DNA from: Coniocarpon cinnabarinum
Taxonomy: Eukaryota
Assembly: GCA_051942205.1 (NCBI GenBank)
Contig: JAVECO010000077.1
Location: 1 to 64,000, forward strand
Length of the DNA stretch: 64,000 nt
Direction: 5' to 3'
The notes under the pieces are model-generated. The model saw only the letters and a list, made by a program, of their open reading frames with translations, had not been told where the DNA came from and did not search any database. Position numbers and translations under genes: made by a program. Of the stretch, positions 12,839 through 24,629 are shown piece after piece (position 1 is the first letter of the stretch; every line of letters begins with the position of its first letter).

Positions 12839-14565
12839 GAAACTGGCGCGCGGCTTGGATACCCAGGAGTGGTTTTGGCGCCGGCTTGGATATCGGGTTC
12901 ACGGCCTTTGGAAGCTCAAAGATACCCCTGCTGATTGATTCAGTGTTTTTGTCGGGCTTGACGTCGCTTGATGTGCAGCATCATGTGATGTCGATGCTTG
13001 GCTTTTCATATAAAGCAACTCCATCTTCACTCTTTTTTGGGCAATGAGGTTAGCTATGCTAATCTTAATGCTTGTCGCACAATATACCCAACCATAGCTT
13101 AGTGATTTAAATATCGACAATAATACGCACTGCTTCTCGTCTCCTTCGTGCATCGCAATAGATTTTAAGCGAACGGCTAGCATACTATGTTTAATCGCAC
13201 TGCAAGAACATGCATAATTGTCTATCACTTCGCGATCTGCTCGGAAGTACGCGTTCAGTGTCGTGCTGTGCCACCATCTCGCACTCTCGCAATGAAGGTG
13301 ATGGACCCTCTCCATGCCGTACGTCCCGTCCAAGTGACAGCATGCCAATCGCACGTGGCGGATCGACGTCACCCCATACACGCGGCATCCTCACGTACTC
13401 TAGTCATAAATACATTACTTACGACAGACTTCGCTCTCTGCTTCTAAACTCGCAGCACCAATTTCAATAGCATTGCGCAACAACATACACTATCCCAAGC
13501 TTACTTGAAACACCGTTGACTACCGCATCTCGAGCGACATTTACCCTACATCTACGCGAAACAAATACGCATCAGCGCCTCCCCGTCAAATAGCCAAAAG
13601 CACGCTTCAGACTCCATTTTTCGCGAAACAGATCAAGTCAAATACGAGACCATCGATGTGAAATCAAGATGCCACGCCATCATCGCACCCGCTCAAGCGC
13701 CCGCTCAACTTCACTATCCTCCTCCTCACCGCGCTCATACACCACGACTTCGAAAATGAGCCTCATGATTCCACCGCACACGGGTCCGACGGAGAAACGC
13801 GACCTCGAGCTTCCCGGGTCAAGCATTTTGAGTCGATTTTTACAGCGGATGCAGGAGCGGAAACGGTGACTGAAATAGTGGGGATGGTGTCAGTGTTTAC
13901 GTGTAGAAGAACTCCACTGATGAGGATGGGCAGGTTGACAAGAGCCTTTGAAGATTGTATGACTATTTTCTGAAGCCATATATCACGATTGGACAGATGC
14001 CCGTTGATGGGTCGGGGCGAAGCTTGAGTCCTAGGTGACTTTTTCGACACCCTGCCTTCGCACGTGACTCCTCGCCACCACTTAGAAGGAGCATCACGAT
14101 GATTTGAACTATCCTCCAATTATCCTATACTCATCCTAAGATTGAGGCTTGCGAGCCCTCGGTAGTGTCAATGGGAGTATGTCGTTCTTACTGTCCTCAT
14201 CAAGCTTCTGGCTCACAGGCTGTCCACGTGCAAGTGGCAAGGCCATACAATCCAAAGCCCCAGACAAAGCACAGGAGGAGCCTCCATTGTTCATGTCTAC
14301 AATCTCTTTAAGCTTTCTTTGTTGACCTGTAAGATCGGGTCGTGTGTTATATGACTTGGAAAACCTCGCACAGAAGCATTGGTCCCTTTTCCATCCCTCG
14401 AGTCTGCGTCGTAAGTTTTGCAAATTTGCGACGTCTTCGGTTCTTTCGATTTGCTTGTATAGGTGCCGTGCATTGGACTTTTCGATCCGTCCACTCATTC
14501 AATCTATTTCATTTTATTTCTTTCGCTTGTTGGGAGATACATTCGCGTAAGCAGTTGCCTTTTCA

Positions 14566-15741
14566 ATGGCAAATGCAAAACCAGCTCCAGGTGAGCAACC
14601 CACACTCCCCCGTATCGAATTTCCCACACCACCATCTGGACCAGCGCCATCCCGGCCTGCACCTGCACTGCAGAATGCTGGTCTACCTCAACGGAGCGGC
14701 GCAAGCAAACGCTCTTCGCTTTACCCTCAAGCGCTCCGCCCCAGAACTCCTTCGCCACCCTTCGGATTCTCCTACTATGCACCCTCAAACGCAGGGAGGC
14801 CCACAAGTCACACCTTTGACAAAATCCTAGAACCACGACCGGACGAACCTACTGGACCGCTGCCTGCTGTGCCAGGTTCAAGTGGTGCTGCGAAGGCAAA
14901 GGCCGGAAAAGCCAGTGAGACTGCAACAGCGCCTGAGAAGACAAAAGAGAAGGAGACTTTACCAGCTGGCTACTCCTTCTATGCACCTAACGCCTCCGCT
15001 GCTCCTATTGATAGTGAGAAGACTGAGAAGGGGAAGAAGCGAGAGTCTGATGTTCTTAGGAAACCACCACCGTCGCATGCGCCCATCCCGCGAGCTTTTC
15101 CAACGCCGAATACACGGCGCTCTTCGCATCGTCCGCCGACGCGGTACTATAACACTCCCAAGCCCATCCCACCGGTGATCATTAATGGTAGCGATGCGAG
15201 CATCGACGGTGCAAAGGCCAGTGACGAGCAAGATGCGGAGTTACGCACGACGCGGACGGCTTCGTCTGGTGCGCTTCCTGATCTGCCTGAGTCGCAAACA
15301 GAGCAATTAGCGTCTGTCCACAACGAACCACTCGTGCAGAACAGCGAGACCACAGGACCTCAAAACCAACAATACCAGCAGCAAACACGTCCAGGGCCAC
15401 CCCCACAGCCAGCGCACTACCCGCCTGCGTCTCTGCGACCACACATGCCAGCCTTGCCAGCCTTCCCACCACCGCAACCACCGCATCCCATCGCGCCAAC
15501 GCAACCGATGCCCGCCCCAGCAACCGGTCCCATCCATCTCCCTAGACCATCCCAAACCCCTCTGCCCCTCTACCACACCCAACCCTCCGATAACAAGAGC
15601 AAAACGCGCAAGCTAGTCATCCTTCTGCTTGTGCTACTCGCGGCTCTGGCGATTACGACGTTTGTGGTGCGAATGGTTCTGAATCGGAAGGAGGAGAAGG
15701 CTTATGAAGCGGGGAACTGGGGGGTTGTGAATTCGAATTGA
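14566..15741 (+). CDS. Proline-rich disordered protein with a single C-terminal transmembrane helix
   Basis: 391-aa ATG ORF, P/S/Q-rich, ending in TRKLVILLLVLLAALAITTFVVRMVL and a short tail. Confidence 0.7.
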   Translation: MANAKPAPGEQPTLPRIEFPTPPSGPAPSRPAPALQNAGLPQRSGASKRSSLYPQALRPRTPSPPFGFSYYAPSNAGRPTSHTFDKILEPRPDEPTGPLPAVPGSSGAAKAKAGKASETATAPEKTKEKETLPAGYSFYAPNASAAPIDSEKTEKGKKRESDVLRKPPPSHAPIPRAFPTPNTRRSSHRPPTRYYNTPKPIPPVIINGSDASIDGAKASDEQDAELRTTRTASSGALPDLPESQTEQLASVHNEPLVQNSETTGPQNQQYQQQTRPGPPPQPAHYPPASLRPHMPALPAFPPPQPPHPIAPTQPMPAPATGPIHLPRPSQTPLPLYHTQPSDNKSKTRKLVILLLVLLAALAITTFVVRMVLNRKEEKAYEAGNWGVVNSN

Positions 15742-15790
15742 TTCTAAGGATGGGGACGTAAGGGGGTGTAGGTTGCGTGGGGAGGTGGAG

Positions 15791-16035
15791 TGGCGTTAGG
15801 TGAAGTGGCTTTAGGTGAAGTGGCGTTAGGTGAAGTGGCGTTAGGTAAAGTGGCGTTAGGTGAAGTAGCGTTAGGTGAAGTGGCGTTAGATAAAGTAGCG
15901 TTAGGTAAAGTAGCGTTAGGTGAAGTGGCGTTAGGTAAAGTAGCGTTAGGTAAAGTAGCGTTAGGTAAAGTGGCGTTAGGTGAAGTGGCGTTAGGTAAAG
16001 TGGCGTTAGGTAAAGTAGCGTTAGGTAAAGTAGGG
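15791..16035. repeat. 15-bp minisatellite (TTAGG-TRAAG-TRGCG) x~16
   Basis: TTAGG recurs every 15 bp from 15796 to 16021, followed by a degenerate pentamer tract to ~16115. Confidence 0.95.
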
Positions 16036-18903
16036 TAAGCAAGGTAAGATAGCATAAAAAAGTAAAGTAGCGTAGCATAAGATAAGGTACTTATGATAAG
16101 ATAGCACAGGGCAAAGCCACAAAAGCAAGTTTGACTACTTCTTGTACATAGCTTGTCGAATCGAGATCGTCGAGTAGACATCAAATATGACTTGCTGCAC
16201 TCCGCATAGTTAACCTAGCTCCCCTTCCACCCACACCTACACACAAATCTTAATTTGATAGATACGTCCTATGTATCTACGACCTTGATCCGGAACGCAT
16301 CGCGCGGATTACTGTTATCATTTACAACCGCCGTACACGCAAACGTCTCCCCACCTCAGCACCAATACTCGTAGAACGACACTGCCACAGCGCCGCTCGA
16401 ACAAACAGATCTCGCATTTGGGAGCCGAGGGCAAGACCATCCACTGGATGTAGTCGGCGCGCTGAGAAACCTCAATGCAACCATTTCCGGGTGGCGCGAA
16501 AGAGCTAGAGGCGTCGTGGCTGCTAAGGGAGCTCATAAGCTTAGTGCTGGTAAAGAGCGGGCTTTCGCGAGCGTAGAGTTAACAACTCCATCAGGTGGAA
16601 ATGCGAAAGGAAGCGCAGAGAGCAAAACGAGTGCCGAAGGCGAGGTGATCGCGTTGCTTGCACAAATGAAATGAGACTGGGAGATGGACTACGCGCGGCT
16701 TTAGTACCCGCTTCAATATGCTAGCAGCTCACCTTGTTCTGTACGGGGAGCAGCATAAGCCAGTGCAGGAGTGCGAAGAATATCAGTCCCTTCGATCTCC
16801 TCAGTCGCCAATCGACGGCCTTTGAAATCGCATGGTGGCGAGATTCTCGTTGTGCATACTAAAAACTAAGAGGACGCTATCCTGGTGAAGTTGCCAGAAA
16901 GTTCTCAAAGGTAAATCAAATAAGGATACGGCTTCAGGTAGAGAAGCGAAGAGACGAGGGTGATGTTGGGTGCTTAGTGCTTCTTCTCTGCGAACTGATT
17001 TATGAAGACTGATGTGGTGTCCGCACAGCATGTTTTAGGGAGTGATATGCGATCTAGCGACGCAGACGTGCTATAAAACAGAGAAATATGCGCGATCAGC
17101 GGCGTACACGAAGCTGTTGGTGATAAGAAGACTGTAAAGGGGCGGTGAGCGGCGCGGAAAGAATCAGCGGTGTCAAGATTTTGATAGCTGGCACCGTTTT
17201 CGGCACTATTTGCCACTAGCGACTGCCCACGTGACATTGAGAAGTTCAACGACCGCCAAGAGAAACACGATATCACGCCACAGCAACTTCACGCCTGGCG
17301 CTTCGACAAAAAATCCTCGATGCGCTGGACCATCGTCGGAAAATTGTCCGAGCATTGCAATAGCGCAGCCTTGTGACCTGCTGGCGCACGCCCTACAAGG
17401 GGCTGAGCTGTTAGCGCGCTGCTACTGCACGGTCAAGTACTTGTGCTCCAACGTCTGGCCTCGCAAAGCGATCCCAGTCTCAATACAGAGCTCTCGATCC
17501 GCCGAAAAGGGACGGAGCCGCGTACTTTTTTTTATTATCCAGGTGGCGGGCTGGACTTGGCTCTATGTTTCTCAGCCTGGTAAGGTCCATGCTGTGACCG
17601 ACTGGACCCAGTTTAATGCCTAGTCTTGGTTCATTCTCACTGGTTCTTAAAATCATGACATTGGTACGCGGCTATACCGTAGTTCTATTCAAGAGGGGAG
17701 ACTGGCGTCGCTTGATTTCTCTGTGAGAAGCCTGCTTCCCACCGCTGTGGAAATACCGGCGGCAACAGTCACATTCGTATGTGGCTGCATAGGGTCCTCA
17801 TCAGCTAAGACACACTGTGCTCGACCATTCAAAAATTCCCAACGAACGCAAATCCCGTTTCAAGAATGTCTCATTGAGCTCTTCGCTGTATAGCATTGCC
17901 GTCTCGTTTAGCTGTCAACAACGTCGAAATCACCCGCAGTAGGATTGCAAAAAGCAAGCAGTGAAGTAATTCGACTCCGAGCTTCGTGTTGCCAGACTGA
18001 AACATTAACCTCCCTGTAGAATTATTTTGTGTGTAGTGGCTAGAATCGTTTTTGTCAAGTGGTTTTGACCGTTCCGGGTTCTGCACCTCCATAGTCTGCA
18101 GCTGCACCCTCCCGTACCCGACGACCGATCAATGCACCCGAGTTTTGGTTTGAGTTCGGCAATACACGTGGCTCCAGCACTTGCAAATGGAGCCTTCGAA
18201 GCGGGGACAGACTTAACCCGGATAGAGCAAATGCCAAGTGGCTGAATGGAGCTGTGCCCACCAGCAACGGCAGTTACATTGGTCACCGTAGACCTATCAC
18301 TAACCCGAGTAGGATTCGGCCGGCGTCCAAGAGAGCATTCTGCCCATGATACGTGTGGCAGGTGGCACTACACGCTCAGCCTTATGCGCATGCACTAGCC
18401 CTTGTACCAACTTTCGTGAACTCGCGTGGAACCATCAGAGCTGAATATAAGGCCATATTGTGCATTTAGCACCAGCAGCAAGGTCGAGAGCACGCCACGG
18501 AACTTCTTGATTAACGAGAAAAAGTGGCTTTACCGCCCATCGCTCATGTGTATGCGTCCGTGTGGTCACACGTTGCGAAGTCTCGAGCCGCCACAAAGGG
18601 ACGAGAGCCGCCAAAAATGCATATTCACACTCTCAGCTACCTCTCTATTCGAATTCTGTTCGGCTGTCGAGACCCTTGGCTTCCCTAGCGATGATCTGGA
18701 CTGCTCGTCGAAACAACCTGTAAGCTCCCTGAAGGATTATAAAAGACCGAGCATATTCCACTTGCCCTCTAGCTTTGATGACCAGCACTGATCAATTCAA
18801 ATTCTCTGTTGAATTCACAGTCACAGTGACACCGCATCAACGACAAGTGTCCGTTACACCACCTACAGCAAAACCCCATCCGTCAGCCGCATCTCACCAT
18901 ACG

Positions 18904-19579
18904 ATGTCTGTGAGTAACACGAGCTGGGTCTTCGCACCTTCGAGCGGCAATCAAGGCTAACAAAACGCCTACTTGCAGCTCTTCCCAGCCGCCGTCGTAC
19001 CAGTCGTTAGTGATGGACTGACCTACCTCTACTACGTCGACGCCAAGAACCTCGGCCGCATCGCTCGCTACAAGCAGAACCGCAATGGCGTCCCGGAGAA
19101 GACCCAAAACGCCGGCGGCTACCCTTACGAGACTGAGCAGATCTACAAGGACACGGATAGTTTCACCGACAAGCAGCCGCAGGCTTCATTGCAGGATGCC
19201 ACCATCGCGGCCGTGGCCTTTACCTTAAACGGCAAGAAGGAGGTGCGTGGTCCTTAATGAGTAGTTTTGTTTTACAGCACTGACCCTGTTGCAGGTTCGC
19301 CTTTACTTCCGCGGTGTGAACGACATTCTCCGTGAGCTTTGCTGGAGCGAGGGCATGCACAAGGGTGATTGGTACGAGGGTGCTCTCACCAACGAGGACC
19401 ACGCTATTGCTCCGGGCACACAGATTGGTGCCACCGTTACGGATGGCAACCGAGAGGGCCAACTCAAGGTCTATTGCACGCTGAGAGGCAATGAGAACGC
19501 GGGACCGACCATCTGCTTCTTGCAGTACACGGACAGCAATGCCCGTTGGGCTAAGCGACAGGCCATCTTCCCTAAATAA
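18904..19579 (+). CDS. Fungal fucose-specific-lectin-like beta-propeller protein (~184 aa, 3 exons)
   Basis: ATG TCT|gtgagt intron 18910-18978 and intron 19243-19294; blade motif IAAVAF..EVRLYFRGVNDILRELCWSEG..WYEG..IAPGTQIGA..LKVY resembles AAL/FleA repeats; no signal peptide. Confidence 0.65.
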
Positions 19580-20051
19580 AGGCAAGCTTTGAGTCGGAGT
19601 TGCTGCAACGCATGGTAGTGCTGCTTGCAGAGGAAGGGAGCTAATGGGCCAGAGTTAGCTGGGCAAAAATGGCGTTTGTGAGATGTAGTGGTCGCTCCTT
19701 GAATAGTCTCATACTGATCTCATGTGTGTGCCACTCTATCGTTTCTCAATCGCTGTTTCCTTAAACCTTGAAGCGTCTAGTGCATCGCGCTGGATTCATT
19801 AGAAGGATTCTATGAACTACGTCATCTAGGCTCAAATACTGGGGTCGATTTGAAGGCCCTTACAAGGTATGGGATTACAAACCGTGGGGCAAACGCTACG
19901 GCGTAAAGAAGACTTGATCCTCTTAGAGATTTTGAAACTTTTCTAGGACGTTTGATTCTAGAATAGAAGTCTTGTGTTGGTACTAGGCGTGCTCATACTT
20001 GACGAATCTGACACTGCGACATTTTTTGTACACGCCATGACTTTTATTCTG

Positions 20052-21740
20052 CTATCCTAGGAAAATGCGACGTTTGAGGCCGTATTCGAGATCAGTCTGC
20101 AAGTTAATGTAGTCGCCAAGCCACCCGTAGAGAAAAGTAGCGTAGACAGTGACCGCCCATTCTGCTGGCTTGAAATCGTCACAATTCCGTTCCTCAAGAT
20201 AGGATCTCATGCCCACAACAGCAGCTTCTCTGAGTGACGGATCGAGAACAGGCTCAAGGAATGATCTCCAAACTGCTGCCGCTGCCAAAGCACATCTGAT
20301 CTTACGAAAGTCTTCATTGTAGCTTTCGAAAGCTAGTATCATGCATTTGAAATAGACAGCACTGGCTGATGCACTCCTCGAGTAATACTCTATAGATATA
20401 TCGCCTGCTTGGCCAAGCTCTTTTGCCTGCTCCTCAATGCTGGCCCATCCAGACAGCGGGACCAGCTTGGGTTCTTGTAGAAGTTTTGACTGTAGAGTCT
20501 CTGTTGATTCTGCGTATGAGCCTATGCAAGGCCGTAAAAGTGATAAAAGCGCTCGGGTGAAGCGAGGCTGGAGAACCGGAAGCACTGGCCATGGTTCAAG
20601 ATCTGCAAGTGCGTTTAGACAGAGGACGGCGGGCTGGCTCCTCGATGCCAAGGTAGACGCACAGCATAATTCAGAAGGCAGAGCTGACGAAAGAACATTG
20701 ATGAACTCAGCCTGCGCATTGCTGACAAGAACACTGTACGATAGCACGTCACCACCTGAGATTGATACTAGTTGTTCTAGATTGAATCGAGTGCTGTTAA
20801 GTTGCTCTCGTGTGGGTCGTGTCTGCCAGTAAGCGAGCAAACCCTCAATTGAATTGTCCAACGTATCGTCAGAGCTGGTTTCACTGGAAGGTATGACTAA
20901 GCTCAATGGACTGCCGCGAGGTCAGATGGGAATAATCCCAAGGGCGTAGTCAATGGCGCGCTTGACAGGTATAGTCATACGATCGCGTTCGGTCTCTCGT
21001 CCATATGTCATCTCACGGGCGCCGGGGTGAGCATCGTACTTATCTTGAAGAGAGAGCGGTTGATGTTCACCAATGATGAGTTTGCCTAAAAACCCCGTCG
21101 AGGCGCCGACCCGCGTTACATTTATATGGGAGAATCCACTGATGATCATCAAGGCCACAAACTCGTTTGGAGAAAATCCATAAAGAATCGAACTCTCTTC
21201 GTTGATCACATCGGCTTGCTGTGGGAGCTTCAAAGGCGGACGAATCCCACCGACCGTAGTGCTAGTAGCATAGAACTTTGCCAACGGGCCGCCAAAATAG
21301 GTCAAGCTCTCGGGCTGAAGGTAGTTGCTTTTGCTCAGTGAAACGATAAAGCTTGCGACGCCGTACTTATAATTCACGTACCTGAATTCCGAGCTGCGTC
21401 AAGAGCTTGCTCCAGCTGCTGGTGCCACTGACTCCTCGGTCACCTTGAGCGATCGCAATATATTGATTGGTAAGATAGGCATTCTGCATCCAAGCGTGAA
21501 ATGATGGGACCACGCCCTCAACTAGTTCCTTATTATGGAAGTGCGGCTCGACCAAAGGAGCGAATTGACCTGCAATGCGCCGAACCAGCTGCCTCTGCTT
21601 TTGTCTGCGATTCCGATAGTAAGACCTGAATTCGGTGAATATTCGTATAAGACCAAGCGTTGCGCCGGAGCCCCAAGACCAATACCGGTATCAGAATTGG
21701 CTCGGCGCCAAAAAGAAGATTGTTCTTTACTTGGGGTCAT
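20052..21740 (-). pseudogene. Disrupted gene for an uncharacterised fungal protein
   Basis: Four consecutive protein-like ORFs: two frame changes (~21530, ~21370) without clear splice signals, and an in-frame TGA at 20922-20924 between the 151-aa and 284-aa ORFs. Confidence 0.6.
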
Positions 21741-22476
21741 ACAAGCGATCGGTCATGGCTTTTCTGGTCCCTATCTACTCAATGACTGTGAATTTATAGA
21801 AGCATCTGTGAGGCTGTAAGACAGAGTTGTGCATACTCAACTAACGCAGGATTAGATGAGAGACGAGAATTGTGCATACTGGCCGCTTACTGGCCGCAAT
21901 CTCGCATCTATAGTTTTGTGGAAGGATCCGTACGTGCGAGAGGACAGCCGCCTCATACATCAATCGTCATCAAAGCTCTGTATCTTTTCATGAGACAATC
22001 GCAGCAGTCATGAAGTGTAGGAAGCAGTATCTGATAATAAGAGAGAGGGCGTAAGACTGATCATTGACCTTGACCCAGTTACACTGATAAGTGCTTCTAA
22101 AATTGACCGAACGACCATCTCGCCGAGCGACAATTAACGATCATTGGACCATACTGTAGATTGTGCATGCTCTCTGCAAGTGTATCAAGCCTGCGTACTC
22201 TTTCGGCTTCTTTCACAACCAATCCAATAGAAGCGTCGAGACTTATTTACGTACCTTTAGCTGGCAATGTTTGTCGGAATGTTCTCCTTGCCTTAGAGTC
22301 ACGTGACCATGAGTGGAGATTGCTGTTGGCAAGTTAGGTAATGACTGAACTATCACGTGATACGACTTGGGCTGTGGAAACAGATATGGGAATGCAAGTA
22401 TGAAGAACTCGCGTACATCTGTTGTTCGCTACCTATAGCATCGACGGGTAATTCCTTAAGTCCTTGTTCCAAGTCA

Positions 22477-23178
22477 ATGTCGTCCTCAGCTTCATTATCT
22501 CCTCCGGACGAAGCTGCCATAGATCGTTCCAAAGTTCCTCTCACAGAGCAGCCCGGCCCAAGACTTTTCTTCGCCGGCTTGCTCTTCGGTTCCTTTTCAG
22601 CGTTGTCGACGCGTCGAGCGCTGATCCGGCGGCGTCTGCAAGCTCCACAGGTCCCTATTTCTCCGCAAACCTCCCAATCATCAATAAATCCCGCAGTACA
22701 AAGCCGCCAGTCAGCCAGTAATTCAGTGCTAAGCAAGGGCCAAACGTCCACGCCCTCCACCGCGCAAGCAACAGAGGGTGTAACAGCACCAGGCTATGCC
22801 TCCGCAGCGACCAAGTCCGCACAAGCAAGCGCACAATCATCACAAGCTGCTGCGGAGGTCGCGAACACAGCAGCAGCCGAGCTCCAGAGCTCACCCATGG
22901 TGATGGCGCTCGAAGCCCTTTCACTGGCAACAATAAACGTAACATCATGGGGCATGGTTGGAGTTGGCGGCGCACTATGGAAGTGGGACATCAGGAGCAT
23001 GGAGGAGATGCGAAGATCAGTGAGAGGCGGGCTGGGCGTGGATGGAACAGGACGGAGTGAACAACAGGTGGAGCAGGAGTTGGAGGAGTTGGTCGTTAGT
23101 GTGTTGGCGCGAAAAGAGCATAAAGAACGCGTGAGAGAGATGTTGAAGAACGAACGGGGCCAGGATAGAGAGGTGTGA
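22477..23178 (+). CDS. AIM11: Altered inheritance of mitochondria protein 11-like membrane protein
   Basis: LFFAG...STRRALIRRRL and ALEALSLATINVTSWGMVGVGGALWKWDI..EEMRR pattern with two TM segments. Confidence 0.75.
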   Translation: MSSSASLSPPDEAAIDRSKVPLTEQPGPRLFFAGLLFGSFSALSTRRALIRRRLQAPQVPISPQTSQSSINPAVQSRQSASNSVLSKGQTSTPSTAQATEGVTAPGYASAATKSAQASAQSSQAAAEVANTAAAELQSSPMVMALEALSLATINVTSWGMVGVGGALWKWDIRSMEEMRRSVRGGLGVDGTGRSEQQVEQELEELVVSVLARKEHKERVREMLKNERGQDREV

Positions 23179-23648
23179 TGGAGGGTATATTAGAGAGCAC
23201 GGCTTAATTTGTAGGATAGAGGCATAGGTGTACGATATACCCATAGCGACGTCGATGACGTGGAATTGACCTGTGTCAAAAGTGTTGCACTTTGACTGCA
23301 TAGAGTAACCCTCAAATTCTGTTATTCGCCATTGAACAGTTTTGGAGTTTGAGTAACCTCGCTTTTCCCTTCTCAGTACACCATGGCTTCAATGGCTGTT
23401 CTTGAACGTGAGCGTCCTGTAAACTTCAACAAAGGCGCCTTTGTCTAATGCCTGCCTTGCTCCAGTAAGTTGAAGGACGCATGCGTAAGTAGCTACTTCA
23501 AAGTAAGCAGAGGTGGAGCGACCCCGGCTTCATTCCAGCGCCGCATTCCACATACATAGTCTTCAAAAACACAAATTTCCCCTTGAAAAAAGATACAACA
23601 GACTTGCGTGTGTGTCTGCGGTACCAGATCACAATCAAGCAGCACAAA

Positions 23649-24434
23649 ATGTCCCTCAAAAGACAACACAGCTCGCCCGACGAGCCAATCGAAGAACTCT
23701 GGTGGAACCTCGACGAAGGCTACTCCTCATGGCAAAGCAAAGACGCCAGCGTCCGCGTCGCCCTCACCGACACAACGATCAACGTCGAGAAGGCGTATCA
23801 AGACACCATGAACACAAAGTCCGGCGCCGTCGTCATGTTCAGCGGCTGCACGCGCGACACCAGCATGCCGGAGGGAACCTACGTCGGAATGTCCTCGACT
23901 CGAGAGCTCGACACGCCGCAAGCTGGCCATGAGTACACTGTTACGAACGGTGACGCAGCTGTCGAGAAGGATCAGGCGAAGAGGACGAAAGCCGCGAAGA
24001 GTGCTAAGGCTGCTGGGCCGCCGGATGAGCTTAAGCCTCTGCCTGTGGCGTCTTTGACTTATATTGCTTACGCCCCCCTTGCTCTGAAGACTCTCAGCAA
24101 CATCGCGACGTCTATTCAAGACAAGTATGGTCTTCAGCGTATCAACATCACACACCGCCTTGGCGAGGTGCCCACTGGTGAAGAAAGTGTCGTCATTGTC
24201 GTGGGCGCTGCACACAGACAAGAGGGATGGCGGGCGGGCGAAGAAGCACTCGAGGAAGTGAAGAAGCGGGTGGAGATTTGGAAGTTTGAGGTCTTCCACG
24301 ACAGTGATAAACCGAAAGAAGTGTGGAGGAGCAACGAGGTTGATCGAGCGAGAAAGCGGAAAACGGTCGAGGAAGGTGAGGGAGAGCCGCAAGAGGGCGA
24401 GAAAAAGGGGAGGAAGCAGAAGAAGAAGAGGTAA
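23649..24434 (+). CDS. cnxH: Molybdopterin synthase catalytic subunit (MoaE/MOCS2B)
   Basis: SGAVVMFSGCTRD, LTYIAYAPLA, HRLGEVPTGEESVVIVVGAAHR, LEEVKKRVEIWKFE. Confidence 0.9.
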   Translation: MSLKRQHSSPDEPIEELWWNLDEGYSSWQSKDASVRVALTDTTINVEKAYQDTMNTKSGAVVMFSGCTRDTSMPEGTYVGMSSTRELDTPQAGHEYTVTNGDAAVEKDQAKRTKAAKSAKAAGPPDELKPLPVASLTYIAYAPLALKTLSNIATSIQDKYGLQRINITHRLGEVPTGEESVVIVVGAAHRQEGWRAGEEALEEVKKRVEIWKFEVFHDSDKPKEVWRSNEVDRARKRKTVEEGEGEPQEGEKKGRKQKKKR

Positions 24435-24629
24435 TGGTCGTGGTACTTGTGCGAACGTTGGGTCTGGCTTCAGACAGTGATCTCATCCTCTATCAATATG
24501 TAATCTTCTAAGATCCAGTATGTTCAATGGTCTAACCAAATGACTCAAAACCCAATCTCATCCATTTTTGCACCCGATCAAAGTGAGCCATTGCCTTCCA
24601 GCAAAAAGGTCATCACCACGAATAGCAGT

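Noticed and set aside
15653..16184. Repeat ORFs (LTLLY, NATLP, VALGE) and a possible CRISPR or telomere interpretation
   Set aside because: They are translations of the 15-bp minisatellite; there are no unique spacers, no cas genes and no TTAGGG tract.
18190..18350. Minus-strand AGRILLGLVIG resembling a sugar-transporter motif
   Set aside because: Very short, interrupted by stops, with no other transporter segments nearby.
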